Shown: positions 1 to 11,254 of the stretch, one piece after another
Numbering within the stretch: the stretch's first letter is position 1
Layout of the letters: every line of letters begins with the position of its first letter
Origin: Planctomycetota bacterium
Lineage (GTDB): Bacteria > Planctomycetota > UBA8742 > UBA2392
Direction: 5' to 3'
NCBI GenBank assembly: GCA_019636195.1
Contig: JAHBYA010000006.1
Coordinates: 61,017 to 125,016, forward strand
Length of the DNA stretch: 64,000 nucleotides
Made by a program: the position numbers and the translations under genes
The notes under the pieces: model-generated
Told to the model about the DNA's origin: nothing
The model's input: the letters and a program-made list of their open reading frames with translations, nothing else
Databases searched by the model: none

Positions 1-147
1 CGATCTCGTTGGCGATGTCGGTTACGTCGTCCTGGGCGTCTTCAGGCAAATTGCGCGGCGCGCCGTGCGGGCCGGGCGCGCCATGGTCGCTGTTGGGACG
101 ACGCTCTGTCATGAACGCAACAGCCTACGCCAATGTGCGCCATCAAT

Positions 148-855
148 CTAGACGCCGCGCTTGCTGGGGCCCCAGATGTACTTGTGCAATTGCAGGTTCA
201 GGCGCGCGTTGACGCCATCCTCAAGCATCCAGCCCACAAGTGCGGCGGGGTCAACCTTGCCCCACGCCGGGCTGAGCAGCAGCGTTGTGCGCCGGTGCAG
301 ACTTTCGCGTCTGCACAGGTCGCGGACCCACTCATAGTCGGCCCGTGACGTAAGCACGAACTTGACTTCGTCGCCGGGCCGCAGTTTTTGCAGGTTGGCG
401 TAGTGGTTGGCGGCCTCTTCGCCGCTGCCGGGTGTCTTGATGTCGAGAATGGCCTTCACGCCTTCCGGCACGCAACCGATGTCGTGGCTGCCCCCCGTCT
501 CAACCAGCACCTCGCACCCCGCGGCAAGCAGGCGGCGACAAAGCTCCGGAAACAGCGGTTGCAGCAGGGGCTCGCCGCCCGTGACCTCCACCAGCCGCAG
601 CCCCTTCGCCAGTGCCTGCGTGACAACGTCGTCGATATGCATCGGCTGGCCCTGCGTGAATGCGTAGGCGGTGTCGCAGTAGTTGCAGCGCTGGTTGCAG
701 ACGGCGGTGCGGATAAAGGTGCACGGCCGCCCGGCGTGGGTGCTTTCGCCCTGAATGCTGGCGTAGATTTCGTTGATCAGCAGGTGCGTGGACTCAAGGC
801 CCTTGAGCGCGGCCAAAGGCGCCAGACGCCGGTCAATTGTGGTATCGCTTGTCAT
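148..855 (-). CDS. queE: 7-carboxy-7-deazaguanine synthase QueE (radical SAM)
   Basis: CxxxCxxC radical-SAM cluster motif (CNQRCNYC). Overall match to the QueE family, about 235 aa. Confidence 0.88.
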   Translation of the reverse strand: MTSDTTIDRRLAPLAALKGLESTHLLINEIYASIQGESTHAGRPCTFIRTAVCNQRCNYCDTAYAFTQGQPMHIDDVVTQALAKGLRLVEVTGGEPLLQPLFPELCRRLLAAGCEVLVETGGSHDIGCVPEGVKAILDIKTPGSGEEAANHYANLQKLRPGDEVKFVLTSRADYEWVRDLCRRESLHRRTTLLLSPAWGKVDPAALVGWMLEDGVNARLNLQLHKYIWGPSKRGV

Positions 856-987
856 CGCGTTTCCGCCACCGGGTTACGCCCGTGGTTCTTGTGGACACTA
901 TTGATAGCATCGCGCCCAGCGACTTGCGCCCCCTGGAACCTGAAACCTGCACCCTGAAACCTGATTTCCCCCTATACTCCGCGCCCT

Positions 988-1764
988 ATGGCCAAGGCCG
1001 TACTGTTGCTGCTTGTGTTTGCTTCGGCCTTGAACGCGGCCACGTTCGACTTGTCGCGGGTGTTGCCCGCCGCAGACGATGAGCTTGGCTTTGACATCAA
1101 GCCGCCGTGGGGCCTGTGGGGCAACCGCGCGCCCTACCCCTTCTATGATGGGCCCTTCGGCATCGACACCGACGACGACCTTGTGGCCCGCGACTTCTGG
1201 ATTGATTTTCAATCCGAGCTGTGGCTCACGCCCAGCCGCTACCGCGGGGCAAGCGGCCAGATTCGGGCGCGCTTCGGTTTGTTCTTTGCCGACGTGGGCT
1301 ACACGCAGATCACGCGCACGGATGGCGAAGGCTTCATCGGCAAGCGCAAGGTCAAGGACTGGTCGTACATCACAGACGCGCGCGGGCACCTGGGCGTGAC
1401 GATCCCGATCCCAATCCTGGGCTACGCCGATTTCGGCATCGGCCTGGCGGGCTTTGATGAAACGCCCGGCATCAGCCGCGTGGGCGCCAGCTTCAAGGCC
1501 GCGTTGCAGATCTGGCCGATTTTTCCGGTGGGCGTGGAGGCCTTTGCCGTGCGCGAGCAGTTTTTTGACGGCACGGGCGTCAACGACTTTGGTGTAAAGT
1601 TGCACGTGCAGGTGTTTCGGCACTTAATGATTACCGCGGGCTGGCGCTGGCTTGAGGTCGATGGCACGCGCTTTGGCACGCACGGCTTCACGTTCGGGTT
1701 CAGCTTTCAGTTCAGCAACCTGCGAACCTTCTTCTGGGCGCCGTTCCGCGGCCCCGCCTACTGA
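988..1764 (+). CDS. Secreted hypothetical protein, probable outer-membrane beta-barrel
   Basis: N-terminal signal peptide (MAKAVLLLLVFASALNAA). Alternating amphipathic strands, aromatic-rich C-terminus ending FGFSFQF. Confidence 0.5.
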   Translation: MAKAVLLLLVFASALNAATFDLSRVLPAADDELGFDIKPPWGLWGNRAPYPFYDGPFGIDTDDDLVARDFWIDFQSELWLTPSRYRGASGQIRARFGLFFADVGYTQITRTDGEGFIGKRKVKDWSYITDARGHLGVTIPIPILGYADFGIGLAGFDETPGISRVGASFKAALQIWPIFPVGVEAFAVREQFFDGTGVNDFGVKLHVQVFRHLMITAGWRWLEVDGTRFGTHGFTFGFSFQFSNLRTFFWAPFRGPAY

Positions 1765-2339
1765 CGCACCCAGGCCAGCCAGTACACCAAAGCGGCAACC
1801 GGCGCAAGCAGGATGGCCGCCGCCAGCGCATACTGAAGCAGCGCGACGCCTGCCCACAGCACGAAGCTCGCTTTGTCGGCAACCGTGGCGGCGGGCGGCG
1901 CTTCCGGCAGGCCGATTTCGCGACGCATCTCGTCGGCGCTTCGGTGCAGCAGCGCTTCGTCGTACGTCAGATGGTAGAAGTTCGACTTTGTCTTCCGGCC
2001 ACGCACCCAGGCCCGAAACGTCTTGCCCGGCGCGATCAGCAGGCCCATGCCCATTGCAAACAGGTTCAGCACCCAGGCGGCGCGAAAGCGGCCGCAGCCG
2101 GTGGCGACTTCCCATGCGCCGATTTCAGCTTCCCCGCTGGGGATGGCTGGGTAGCCGGTCAGGGTGTGGTGCAGATCATGGAAGCGTATCGCCTCGCGGC
2201 GCGTGCGGGTGGAAGGAATCCAGAACTTGATGGGCCCCAGTTTGATGGCGGCCCACCGCTCTTCATATGCGGCGGTAGAGAAGCCGTACCGCTGCAGGTA
2301 GGCATCGCGCGCCTGGCCCAGTGTGAGTGTGTTGGTCAT
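1758..2339 (-). CDS. Hypothetical membrane-associated protein, Coq4-like HDxxH...E motif
   Basis: HDLHH followed by E at +12, resembling the Coq4 zinc motif. Hydrophobic C-terminal helix. Not Arg-skewed like the shadow ORFs. Confidence 0.4.
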   Translation of the reverse strand: MTNTLTLGQARDAYLQRYGFSTAAYEERWAAIKLGPIKFWIPSTRTRREAIRFHDLHHTLTGYPAIPSGEAEIGAWEVATGCGRFRAAWVLNLFAMGMGLLIAPGKTFRAWVRGRKTKSNFYHLTYDEALLHRSADEMRREIGLPEAPPAATVADKASFVLWAGVALLQYALAAAILLAPVAALVYWLAWVRQ

Positions 2340-2399
2340 CGCTGCCCCCGGTCTTTCAGCTTAACGCCCCACGGGCAGTCATCAGTCCGGATTTCGACG

Positions 2400-2429
2400 T
2401 TGCAAGCCTGATCGGGGCGGGCGTACACT
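2400..2429 (+). promoter_or_regulatory. Candidate sigma70-like promoter (TTGCAA-N18-TACACT) for the beta-helix gene pair
   Basis: Hexamers located 25-55 bp upstream of ATG 2455. Confidence 0.3.
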
Positions 2430-2454
2430 CAGGCATCCATCAACAGGAGTCCGC

Positions 2455-4071
2455 ATGCGCTTTCGCCTGCTTGCCGCCGCGCTGCTTGCGTGTGCGCCGC
2501 TGTGCGCCGAGACATACTACGCCGACCCCGCGGCCGGCAAGTCGTCCAACCCCGGCAGCAAAGCCGCCCCCTGGGGCGCGCTTGAAGATGTCATCGCAAG
2601 CGGCGCGCTGGCAAAGCTCAAACCTGGCGACACACTGCTGCTGCGCGGCGGCTTGCACGGCCGGGCCGTGTTTTCGGGCGACAACGCCGACTTTGTCACC
2701 ATCGCCGCCGAAGACGGCCACCGCCCGCGCCTGAGCTACCTTGAAATCACGCGCGGCCGCAAGTGGCGCGTGCGCGGGCTTACCGTCAGCGCGTCGTTCA
2801 GCGACAAGCCCTACGAAGGCGCGATGATCAAGTTTGCCGACGGCGGCGACTCGGCGGAGATTGAGCTGCTGGACTGCTTTGTGTATTCCACCCTTGACAC
2901 GTCAAGCTGGTCGGCCGAGCAGTGGATGAAGGCAAACTCGGGCATCACCATGGGCCGCCACGGCACGGGCCACGTGGTGCGCAACTGCTACGTGATGAAC
3001 ACGCGCTTCGGCATCAACCTGTGCGCCGAAAACTCGCTGTGCGAAGGCAACGTGATTTCGCACTTTTCGGCCGACGGCATCCGCGCCACGCGCGACGGCC
3101 AGGTGGTGCAGCACAACGTGATCCGCAACATCTACGTCAGCGACGACGACGGCGACAAAAACCACGACGACGCCATCCAGGTCTTCCTGTTCAACAAGGG
3201 CACCGGCACCGTGCGCAACATTACCCTGCGCGAAAACGTCATCATCATGCGCGAGAACGAACAGCAGCGCTGGCCCGCCAACATGCAGGGCATAGGCTGT
3301 TTTGACGGGCCGCTGATCGGCTTTACGGTTGAAGGCAACGTGATCAACACCAGCCACTGGCACGGCGTGTCGCTGTACGACGCGCAGGGCTGCAAGATCC
3401 TGAACAACGTTTGCTACACGCAATGGACCGACAGCAAGCTGCGCCCATGGGTTGAGCTTGGCACCAAGAAAGTCGGCGAGGTCAAGGACAACGAGGTCAA
3501 GAACAACCACGCCTACAGCTTTCGGCTGGACAACGACAAGGGCGTAGCCGCCGAAGGCAACCTGCCCCCAAGCGCCGAGATTCACGACAAGCGCCAGAAA
3601 GAGCTGCTGGCGAAAATCGACGAAAAGCACGGCAAGCTGCACCCCGTGGCGGGCTTCCGCCGCACCGGCCTTGAAAAGACGCGCTGGCAGGAGGGCCGAG
3701 TCGTTGACGGCGAAGGCGGCAAAGTGATCGACGCCATCGAATCGGCGCGGCAAGCCGAAAAAGTCGTCGTGCTGTTCGTGTTTACGCGCGATCTCAAGGA
3801 CAAAAAGGGCGTTCAGGCCTGCGAAGACTTTGAGCGCGAAGTGCTGGCCGGCGACGAAATCGGCAAGCTGCTGGACCAGTGCGCGACCATCGGCGTGTGC
3901 CTTGACGACGTGCCGCGCGACTTGCGCAAGCGCTACTATATAGGAAGTAAGTCGCCGCAACTGGTGATCATCCGGCCCGACGGCACGGAGGGCTACAGCG
4001 GCAAGCCCGGAAACGCCAAGGCACTCTTGAAACAGCTTGAGGCCGCATTGAACCCGGAAAAGGGGAAATGA
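2455..4071 (+). CDS. Secreted right-handed beta-helix (pectin-lyase fold) protein with C-terminal thioredoxin-like domain
   Basis: Signal peptide. Repeated beta-helix rungs (NVISHFSADGIRAT, VQHNVIRNIY, ...). Paralogous to the next gene. The C-terminal approximately 130 aa resembles a thioredoxin-fold domain lacking CxxC. RBS CAGGAG 5 nt upstream. Confidence 0.7.
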   Translation: MRFRLLAAALLACAPLCAETYYADPAAGKSSNPGSKAAPWGALEDVIASGALAKLKPGDTLLLRGGLHGRAVFSGDNADFVTIAAEDGHRPRLSYLEITRGRKWRVRGLTVSASFSDKPYEGAMIKFADGGDSAEIELLDCFVYSTLDTSSWSAEQWMKANSGITMGRHGTGHVVRNCYVMNTRFGINLCAENSLCEGNVISHFSADGIRATRDGQVVQHNVIRNIYVSDDDGDKNHDDAIQVFLFNKGTGTVRNITLRENVIIMRENEQQRWPANMQGIGCFDGPLIGFTVEGNVINTSHWHGVSLYDAQGCKILNNVCYTQWTDSKLRPWVELGTKKVGEVKDNEVKNNHAYSFRLDNDKGVAAEGNLPPSAEIHDKRQKELLAKIDEKHGKLHPVAGFRRTGLEKTRWQEGRVVDGEGGKVIDAIESARQAEKVVVLFVFTRDLKDKKGVQACEDFEREVLAGDEIGKLLDQCATIGVCLDDVPRDLRKRYYIGSKSPQLVIIRPDGTEGYSGKPGNAKALLKQLEAALNPEKGK

Positions 4072-5591
4072 CCATGCGCGCGCTGCTGATACCGGTATGG
4101 CTTGTCGCAACCGCATGCTGCGCCGCCGACTTCTACGTTGACCCAGTCAACGGCAGCGCGACCGGCAACGGCAGCGCGGGCAACCCGTGGCTGACGCTGC
4201 AACAGGTCGTTACTGACAACCTGATCGAAAGCCAGGTCTGGAACAGCCTGCCCTACACCGCAGGCGCGACGCTGGTGCCCAAGAATGCGGGCGCGCCGGT
4301 CAAGGCCGGCGACACGATCTGGCTGCGCACGGGCTATCACGGCGAGCTGATACTCAACGGCTGGTACAACAGCGCGCCGATCACGATACGGCGGCAGTCA
4401 GGCCACACGCCGCGCCTGCGCCGCGCCAGCCTGATCGGCGCGAGCAACTGGATACTGGACGGCTTGTCGATCAGCCCGGCGCACGCGCCGACGTTTACAG
4501 CCACGACGATCATCACCATGCGCGGCGACGGCTTTTGGGGCCCGGCGCAGGGCATGATTGTGCGCAACTGCGACGTGTTTTGCGGCAACGACGCAAGCGC
4601 GTGGACGGCGCAGGACTGGATCGACAATGCCAGCACAGCCTTTGATTCACGCAGCGACACCACGCAGATTTTGAACAACACGATCCGCAACACGCGCTAC
4701 GCCATCGCGTGCAGCGGCGCCAACTGCGTCGTGCGCGACAACGTGATTGACGGCTTTTCCGGCGACGGCATTCGCGGCCTGGGCGACTACGGCGTGTACG
4801 AATACAACGTGGTCAAGAACGCCATTGACGTCGGCGACGGCCACCACGACGACGGCTTTCAAAGCTGGTCGGTCGGGCCCGGCGGCGTGGGCACCGGCAG
4901 CGTGACGGGGGTTGTGCTGCGCGGCAATACGTTCATTAACCACGAGAATCCCAGCCACCCGATGCGGACCACCATGCAGGGCGTGGGCTGCTTTGACGGC
5001 TGGTTTGACGACTGGGTGATCGAGAACAACGTGGTCATCACCGACCACTGGCACGGCATCACGCTGCTGGGCGCGCGCAACTGCCGCATCGTGAACAACA
5101 CGGTGATTGACCTGTACACCGGCACGCCCGGCCCGTCGTGGATACAGATCGGGTTTCACAAGGACGGCACACCCAGCGAAGACTGCGTGATTCGCAACAA
5201 CCTCAGCAACACGATCAGCGTGCCCGGCGGCCAGACCAACATCGTCTCGGACCACAACATTCTCGTGAACGACCCGAGCTTGTTTTTCGTGGACCCGGCG
5301 GCGTTCAACCTGCGATTGCTTGAAACCGCGTCGGCTGTGGATGCGGGCAGCGGCGCGCTTGCGCCCGGCATCGACCGCGACAAGTTTGCACGGCCTTATG
5401 GTGCCGGTATTGATGTCGGCGCCTACGAGTGGCACCCGCCCGGCAGCGGCGGCGGCGGTTCAGGCGGCGGCAAGGGCGACGGCAAAGACAGCAGTTGCAG
5501 CACCTCGGGCGCGAAAGCCCCCGCGTTGTGGGTGCTTGTCCTGCTGCCCGCCATTCTGCTGGCAATGCGCAGGCAGCGCCCCGCCCGCTAA
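4068..5591 (+). CDS. Secreted beta-helix protein (paralogue of the previous gene) with Gly-rich spacer and C-terminal Cys/TM/Arg sorting tag
   Basis: ATGA start/stop overlap with the upstream gene. Signal peptide. Shared motifs HDDxxQ, MQGxGCFDG, HWHG. C-terminal ...GGGGSGGGKGDGKDSSC-STSGAKAPAL-WVLVLLPAILLAM-RRQRPAR. Confidence 0.7.
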   Translation: MTMRALLIPVWLVATACCAADFYVDPVNGSATGNGSAGNPWLTLQQVVTDNLIESQVWNSLPYTAGATLVPKNAGAPVKAGDTIWLRTGYHGELILNGWYNSAPITIRRQSGHTPRLRRASLIGASNWILDGLSISPAHAPTFTATTIITMRGDGFWGPAQGMIVRNCDVFCGNDASAWTAQDWIDNASTAFDSRSDTTQILNNTIRNTRYAIACSGANCVVRDNVIDGFSGDGIRGLGDYGVYEYNVVKNAIDVGDGHHDDGFQSWSVGPGGVGTGSVTGVVLRGNTFINHENPSHPMRTTMQGVGCFDGWFDDWVIENNVVITDHWHGITLLGARNCRIVNNTVIDLYTGTPGPSWIQIGFHKDGTPSEDCVIRNNLSNTISVPGGQTNIVSDHNILVNDPSLFFVDPAAFNLRLLETASAVDAGSGALAPGIDRDKFARPYGAGIDVGAYEWHPPGSGGGGSGGGKGDGKDSSCSTSGAKAPALWVLVLLPAILLAMRRQRPAR

Positions 5592-5635
5592 ACAGCAGGG
5601 CCCCGGCGCGTGCACCGGGCCCTGCTGATTGTCGG

Positions 5636-6889
5636 CTACTTCGTGCGCTCGGCGCGGGAGCGGGTGCTTCGCGAGGCCTGTAATTCGGTTTTGGCCTTGG
5701 GCGCCGACGACTCTGAAGACGCGCCCGATGGCTTGACCGCCACACGGCTTGCGCCCTCGCCGCTCCTGGACTTCTGCGTCGCACGCGACACAGCCGCCTG
5801 CGGCTTGCCCTCAACGGTTGCGATGCGGCTGTTGACCCGCGCCGCCACCGAGTTGTTGCCTGCGCGCTTGGCGATTGCGCGCAGGTCTTCAATGTATTTG
5901 GCCTTGGCTGCGTCATCGGCGGGCGGGGCCTTGCGGGCGGCGCCCTCAAGGCGCTCAAAGTCATCGCGCGCCTTTACGAAACCGGCCATGGTGTCAGAGT
6001 CCTTCCACTTGCCCACGCGGTCAGAGAAATCCTTGACCCCGGGCACCGCCCCGAACTTCTCAATCACCGGCTTGGCGCGCTCCAGCGCGTTGACGGGGTC
6101 GTAGTAGAAGTCGTCCTCAATCTTCTCGATGCGGCGGCGGGCCAGCGTTTCAATGAACTCTTTCATGTAGCCCGCGTCGGCCTTGTCCTTGTCGCTGCTG
6201 GCGCCGGAGCGCTCAACGTCGTCGGCTTCCTGCCATGCCTTGCTGTAGTCGCCGGCCTTGAAGGCGTCGTAGCTGCCCTTGCAGCGCAGCGTGACTTCGC
6301 GCGGCATGCGGTGGCAGTCGCAATTCAGGTTCATGGCAAGTCGGTCGAGGGTGGCCTCGAGTTTCTCCCACTCGCGCTCGTCGCTGTACCAGTCGTGGGC
6401 GCGCACCGTGCCGTGCTGGTCCAGGACAACCGCCTGCGGCGTGCCGATCACTTCGTCCAGCTCAAACATCTCGACGCTCAGGTCTTCAAAGTCCAGCGCA
6501 ACCGGCATCTCCCAGCGCATGCGTTGCAGGTGCTTGCGGGTCTGCTCAATGTCGGCGACGTGCGGGTAATCTTCACGGTCAAACGATGTGTTGATCGCCA
6601 GCACCAGTACACAGCGGCTGTCCTTGTAGCGCTCGTACAGTTGTTGCAGTCTTGGCATCGCGACCTTTTCGCAACCGGCGCAGTCGCGGCGATAGAACAT
6701 GAAGAACACCACGCGGTTTTCAAAGTCGTCCTGCGTCAGGGTTGCACCCTGCACCATCTCCGGGGCGAGCAACAACTCCGGGCACGGCTCGTTCAGGACG
6801 TTGGACTTCGGCTGCTTGTGGCGCTGGGCAGCCAGCGCGCCGGCCAGCAGGGCGCAACACAACGCAATGGCGGGAATTCGGACGGGCAT
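5636..6889 (-). CDS. Secreted thioredoxin-fold thiol-disulfide oxidoreductase (TlpA/redoxin-like) with long C-terminal extension
   Basis: Signal peptide. CxxC motif (DCAGCEK) in a thioredoxin-like N-terminal domain. Charged, low-complexity C-terminal tail. Confidence 0.65.
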   Translation of the reverse strand: MPVRIPAIALCCALLAGALAAQRHKQPKSNVLNEPCPELLLAPEMVQGATLTQDDFENRVVFFMFYRRDCAGCEKVAMPRLQQLYERYKDSRCVLVLAINTSFDREDYPHVADIEQTRKHLQRMRWEMPVALDFEDLSVEMFELDEVIGTPQAVVLDQHGTVRAHDWYSDEREWEKLEATLDRLAMNLNCDCHRMPREVTLRCKGSYDAFKAGDYSKAWQEADDVERSGASSDKDKADAGYMKEFIETLARRRIEKIEDDFYYDPVNALERAKPVIEKFGAVPGVKDFSDRVGKWKDSDTMAGFVKARDDFERLEGAARKAPPADDAAKAKYIEDLRAIAKRAGNNSVAARVNSRIATVEGKPQAAVSRATQKSRSGEGASRVAVKPSGASSESSAPKAKTELQASRSTRSRAERTK

Positions 6890-6960
6890 GGGAGTCTCCT
6901 TGTGGGCGTAAGGATGTCACCCATGTAACGCGCCAGTCGAAAATTCGTTGTACGCAGATG

Positions 6961-7794
6961 TTATTCGGCGATGATTTCGACCTTCTGCATGTGGTACTTG
7001 CCGGCGTTGCGGTCGCTTTCGCCGATGGTCATCACCGCGTCCAAGCCTTCGACGACTCTGCCGAAGACGGTGTACTGCTCATCGAGGTTGGGGCAGTCGT
7101 CGGTGCAGATAAAGAACTGGCTGCCCGCGCTGTGGGGGTCGCTGGTGCGCGCCATGCTGAGAATGCCGGGCACGTGCGGGATTTCATTGAACTCGGCGGG
7201 CAGCTTGTAGCCCGGGCCGCCGCTGCCGGTGCCGGTGGGGTCGCCGCCCTGGATGACAAAGCGCGGCACCACGCGGTGGAAGACAATACCATTGAAATAG
7301 CCCGATTGCGCAAGCTGCACGAAACTGAGCACATGGTTCATCGCGCGGTCGGCAAAGAACTCCAGCTTGATGGGGCCCGCCTCGGTGTGGATCACCGCGT
7401 GCAACTTCTTGCCGTGGGCGTGCACGCGCACCGGCACGCGGTTACTGGTTTCTTTGTCAGTGCCGCTGAAGTCAGGCCGAATGTCTCCGCGCGGGGCGTA
7501 GTAGGCCTCAATCAATTGCCCGTGCGGGTCAACCGCCGGAAACTCGATGACCCCGCTGGCGCTTTTACCCGGCGCCAGCTTGACGACCTTTCCCGCGCCC
7601 TTGATGCGCACCAGGTGGCTTTCGGGTGTTGGCGCGTCGGGGCGGCGAATCACATGCAGGCTTACGCTGGGCAGCGCGAGTTCAGGCGCCGGGTAGTCGG
7701 CGGCAACTTTGCCCTCGTTGGTGACGGTGACTTCGGCGCGAATCGTTTCACCCAGCGCGTACTCGGGTTTGTCGAGCTTGAGCGTGACAGCCAT
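6961..7794 (-). CDS. Peptidyl-prolyl cis-trans isomerase, cyclophilin type, with N-terminal extra domain
   Basis: Cyclophilin signatures FHRVVPRFVIQGGDPTGTGSGGPGY and SQFFI in the C-terminal half. Start chosen at MAVTLKLD with AAGGAG RBS 6 nt upstream. Confidence 0.85.
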   Translation of the reverse strand: MAVTLKLDKPEYALGETIRAEVTVTNEGKVAADYPAPELALPSVSLHVIRRPDAPTPESHLVRIKGAGKVVKLAPGKSASGVIEFPAVDPHGQLIEAYYAPRGDIRPDFSGTDKETSNRVPVRVHAHGKKLHAVIHTEAGPIKLEFFADRAMNHVLSFVQLAQSGYFNGIVFHRVVPRFVIQGGDPTGTGSGGPGYKLPAEFNEIPHVPGILSMARTSDPHSAGSQFFICTDDCPNLDEQYTVFGRVVEGLDAVMTIGESDRNAGKYHMQKVEIIAE

Positions 7795-7892
7795 TGCAAT
7801 CTCCTTGCCGCACACGCTAACAATCCCGCGGTTGGGTGTGCAGATACAAAAGAGCCCCGCACTTGCGTGCGGGGCTGTGCGGGCATTCCAGG

Positions 7893-8963
7893 TTACTTGT
7901 AGCGGCTGATGGCAAGCGCGAGCGTGTCGATCATGCCCTTGGCGGCTTCACGGGCCTGCTCTGTCTTGCCCTCTTTGGCCAGTTGCTTCACCCACGCGAG
8001 GCTTTCGTCGTACGCCACGGACTGCAGTTGCTGGCTGATGTGTTCAGCGAGCGCTGGGTGGGACTCAAGGTGCATCACCAGCAGACGCGCGCACTTTTCG
8101 CGAATGCGCTCGCCCTGTTCCTTGACCATCGCGCCGCGGGCCTGCCAGCCGCCGCGCGAGCCCAGCGTGCCCACGCCCAACAGCAGGGCGCGCACAAACG
8201 CCTCGTCGGCAGCCAGCACCTCATTGGCCAGCCGCGACTCCATGGCGTCAAAGGCCTTGTCGTCGGCGACGCGCCCCAGCGCGTAGCAGCAGGTCTCGCG
8301 CAAAGCTTTGGGGTGGGCTGCATCGTCAATGATGGCGCACAGTTCAACGATCGCATCCACGCCGCCGGTCTGGCCGTAGCTGACGGCTGCGTCGCGGCGC
8401 CATGCATCGGGCAGCGCCTTGTCTTTCAGCGCAGCCAGCATGGCAAAGCGCGCCCGGGTGTCGGCGTGAAAGCCTGGCACGTACAGCAGGGCATGGGCAA
8501 GCGCATTGCGCTCAGCCATGCCGGCTTCGCCTTTGCTGAAGGGCCTGGCATCAAGCGTCCAGTGCCACCGCTCCAGCAGCAGCGGGACAAACTCCTTGCC
8601 GGGGTGCGACAGTTCCTGGACACAGCCGGGCGCGGGTTTGCGGAACTCGCGGTACACTTCAGGGTTGATGCCGGGCGGGTTGTCAATCACTGCCACCGTT
8701 TCGGGGTGCAGGATGCGCAGACGCGCGGCCTCAGCGGCCATGGCGCGAACCCAGCCGCTTTCGGTCCACTGATCATCTGCGGACGCGGCAGCAAGTGCGG
8801 GGACGGCGGCGTCGCCCTTGGCGACCAGCTTGTCACGAACTGCGATCCACCCGGCGTGGTCGCCGGGCGCGGCTTCGACGGCCTTGTCCAGCAGCTCGCT
8901 TACGGACTGCGCTGCCAGCAGGGGCGCAAAGAGCAACGGAAGAATGGCAACTCGAATGGTCAT
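7893..8963 (-). CDS. Secreted alpha-helical (HEAT/ARM-like repeat) hypothetical protein
   Basis: Signal peptide MTIRVAILPLLFAPLLAAQ. Helical repeat composition. Same strand and nearly contiguous with the PAD-like gene. Confidence 0.5.
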   Translation of the reverse strand: MTIRVAILPLLFAPLLAAQSVSELLDKAVEAAPGDHAGWIAVRDKLVAKGDAAVPALAAASADDQWTESGWVRAMAAEAARLRILHPETVAVIDNPPGINPEVYREFRKPAPGCVQELSHPGKEFVPLLLERWHWTLDARPFSKGEAGMAERNALAHALLYVPGFHADTRARFAMLAALKDKALPDAWRRDAAVSYGQTGGVDAIVELCAIIDDAAHPKALRETCCYALGRVADDKAFDAMESRLANEVLAADEAFVRALLLGVGTLGSRGGWQARGAMVKEQGERIREKCARLLVMHLESHPALAEHISQQLQSVAYDESLAWVKQLAKEGKTEQAREAAKGMIDTLALAISRYK

Positions 8964-8987
8964 GTCTGGTTCCCTGGTTTGCGGCAA

Positions 8988-11096
<2,109 letters not shown>

Positions 11097-11254
11097 AGGA
11101 CCCCCCACGTCGGGTTTGGATAGTTGTTGTTCTATAGTAACAAACGGTGTCACATCCTTACGCGCCCACCGAAAAATGAACCGTTACACGTCCATTACGG
11201 CATTCAAGCAACAACCCTCAGTTGCAATTGAACTTACGGCTCGCGGAGGCTTGC

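Noticed and set aside
1-112. Possible 5' end of a minus-strand gene (ATG at about 112, reading off the window start)
   Set aside because: Only about 37 codons are visible (MTERRPNSDHGAPGP...). It is too short and Pro/Gly/Arg-rich to call.
856-987. Possible preQ1 riboswitch in the queE leader
   Set aside because: I could not recognise the compact preQ1-I/II aptamer consensus on the minus strand, only short direct repeats.
2902-4116. 404-aa antisense ORF overlapping the beta-helix gene, and similar long Arg/Ala/Gly-rich ORFs (e.g. 5305-5964, 24809-25918, 35103-36797, 42046-43977, 44993-46591)
   Set aside because: These are shadow ORFs on the opposite strand of well-supported genes. They have skewed R/A/G/P composition, no motifs, and no signal or RBS logic.
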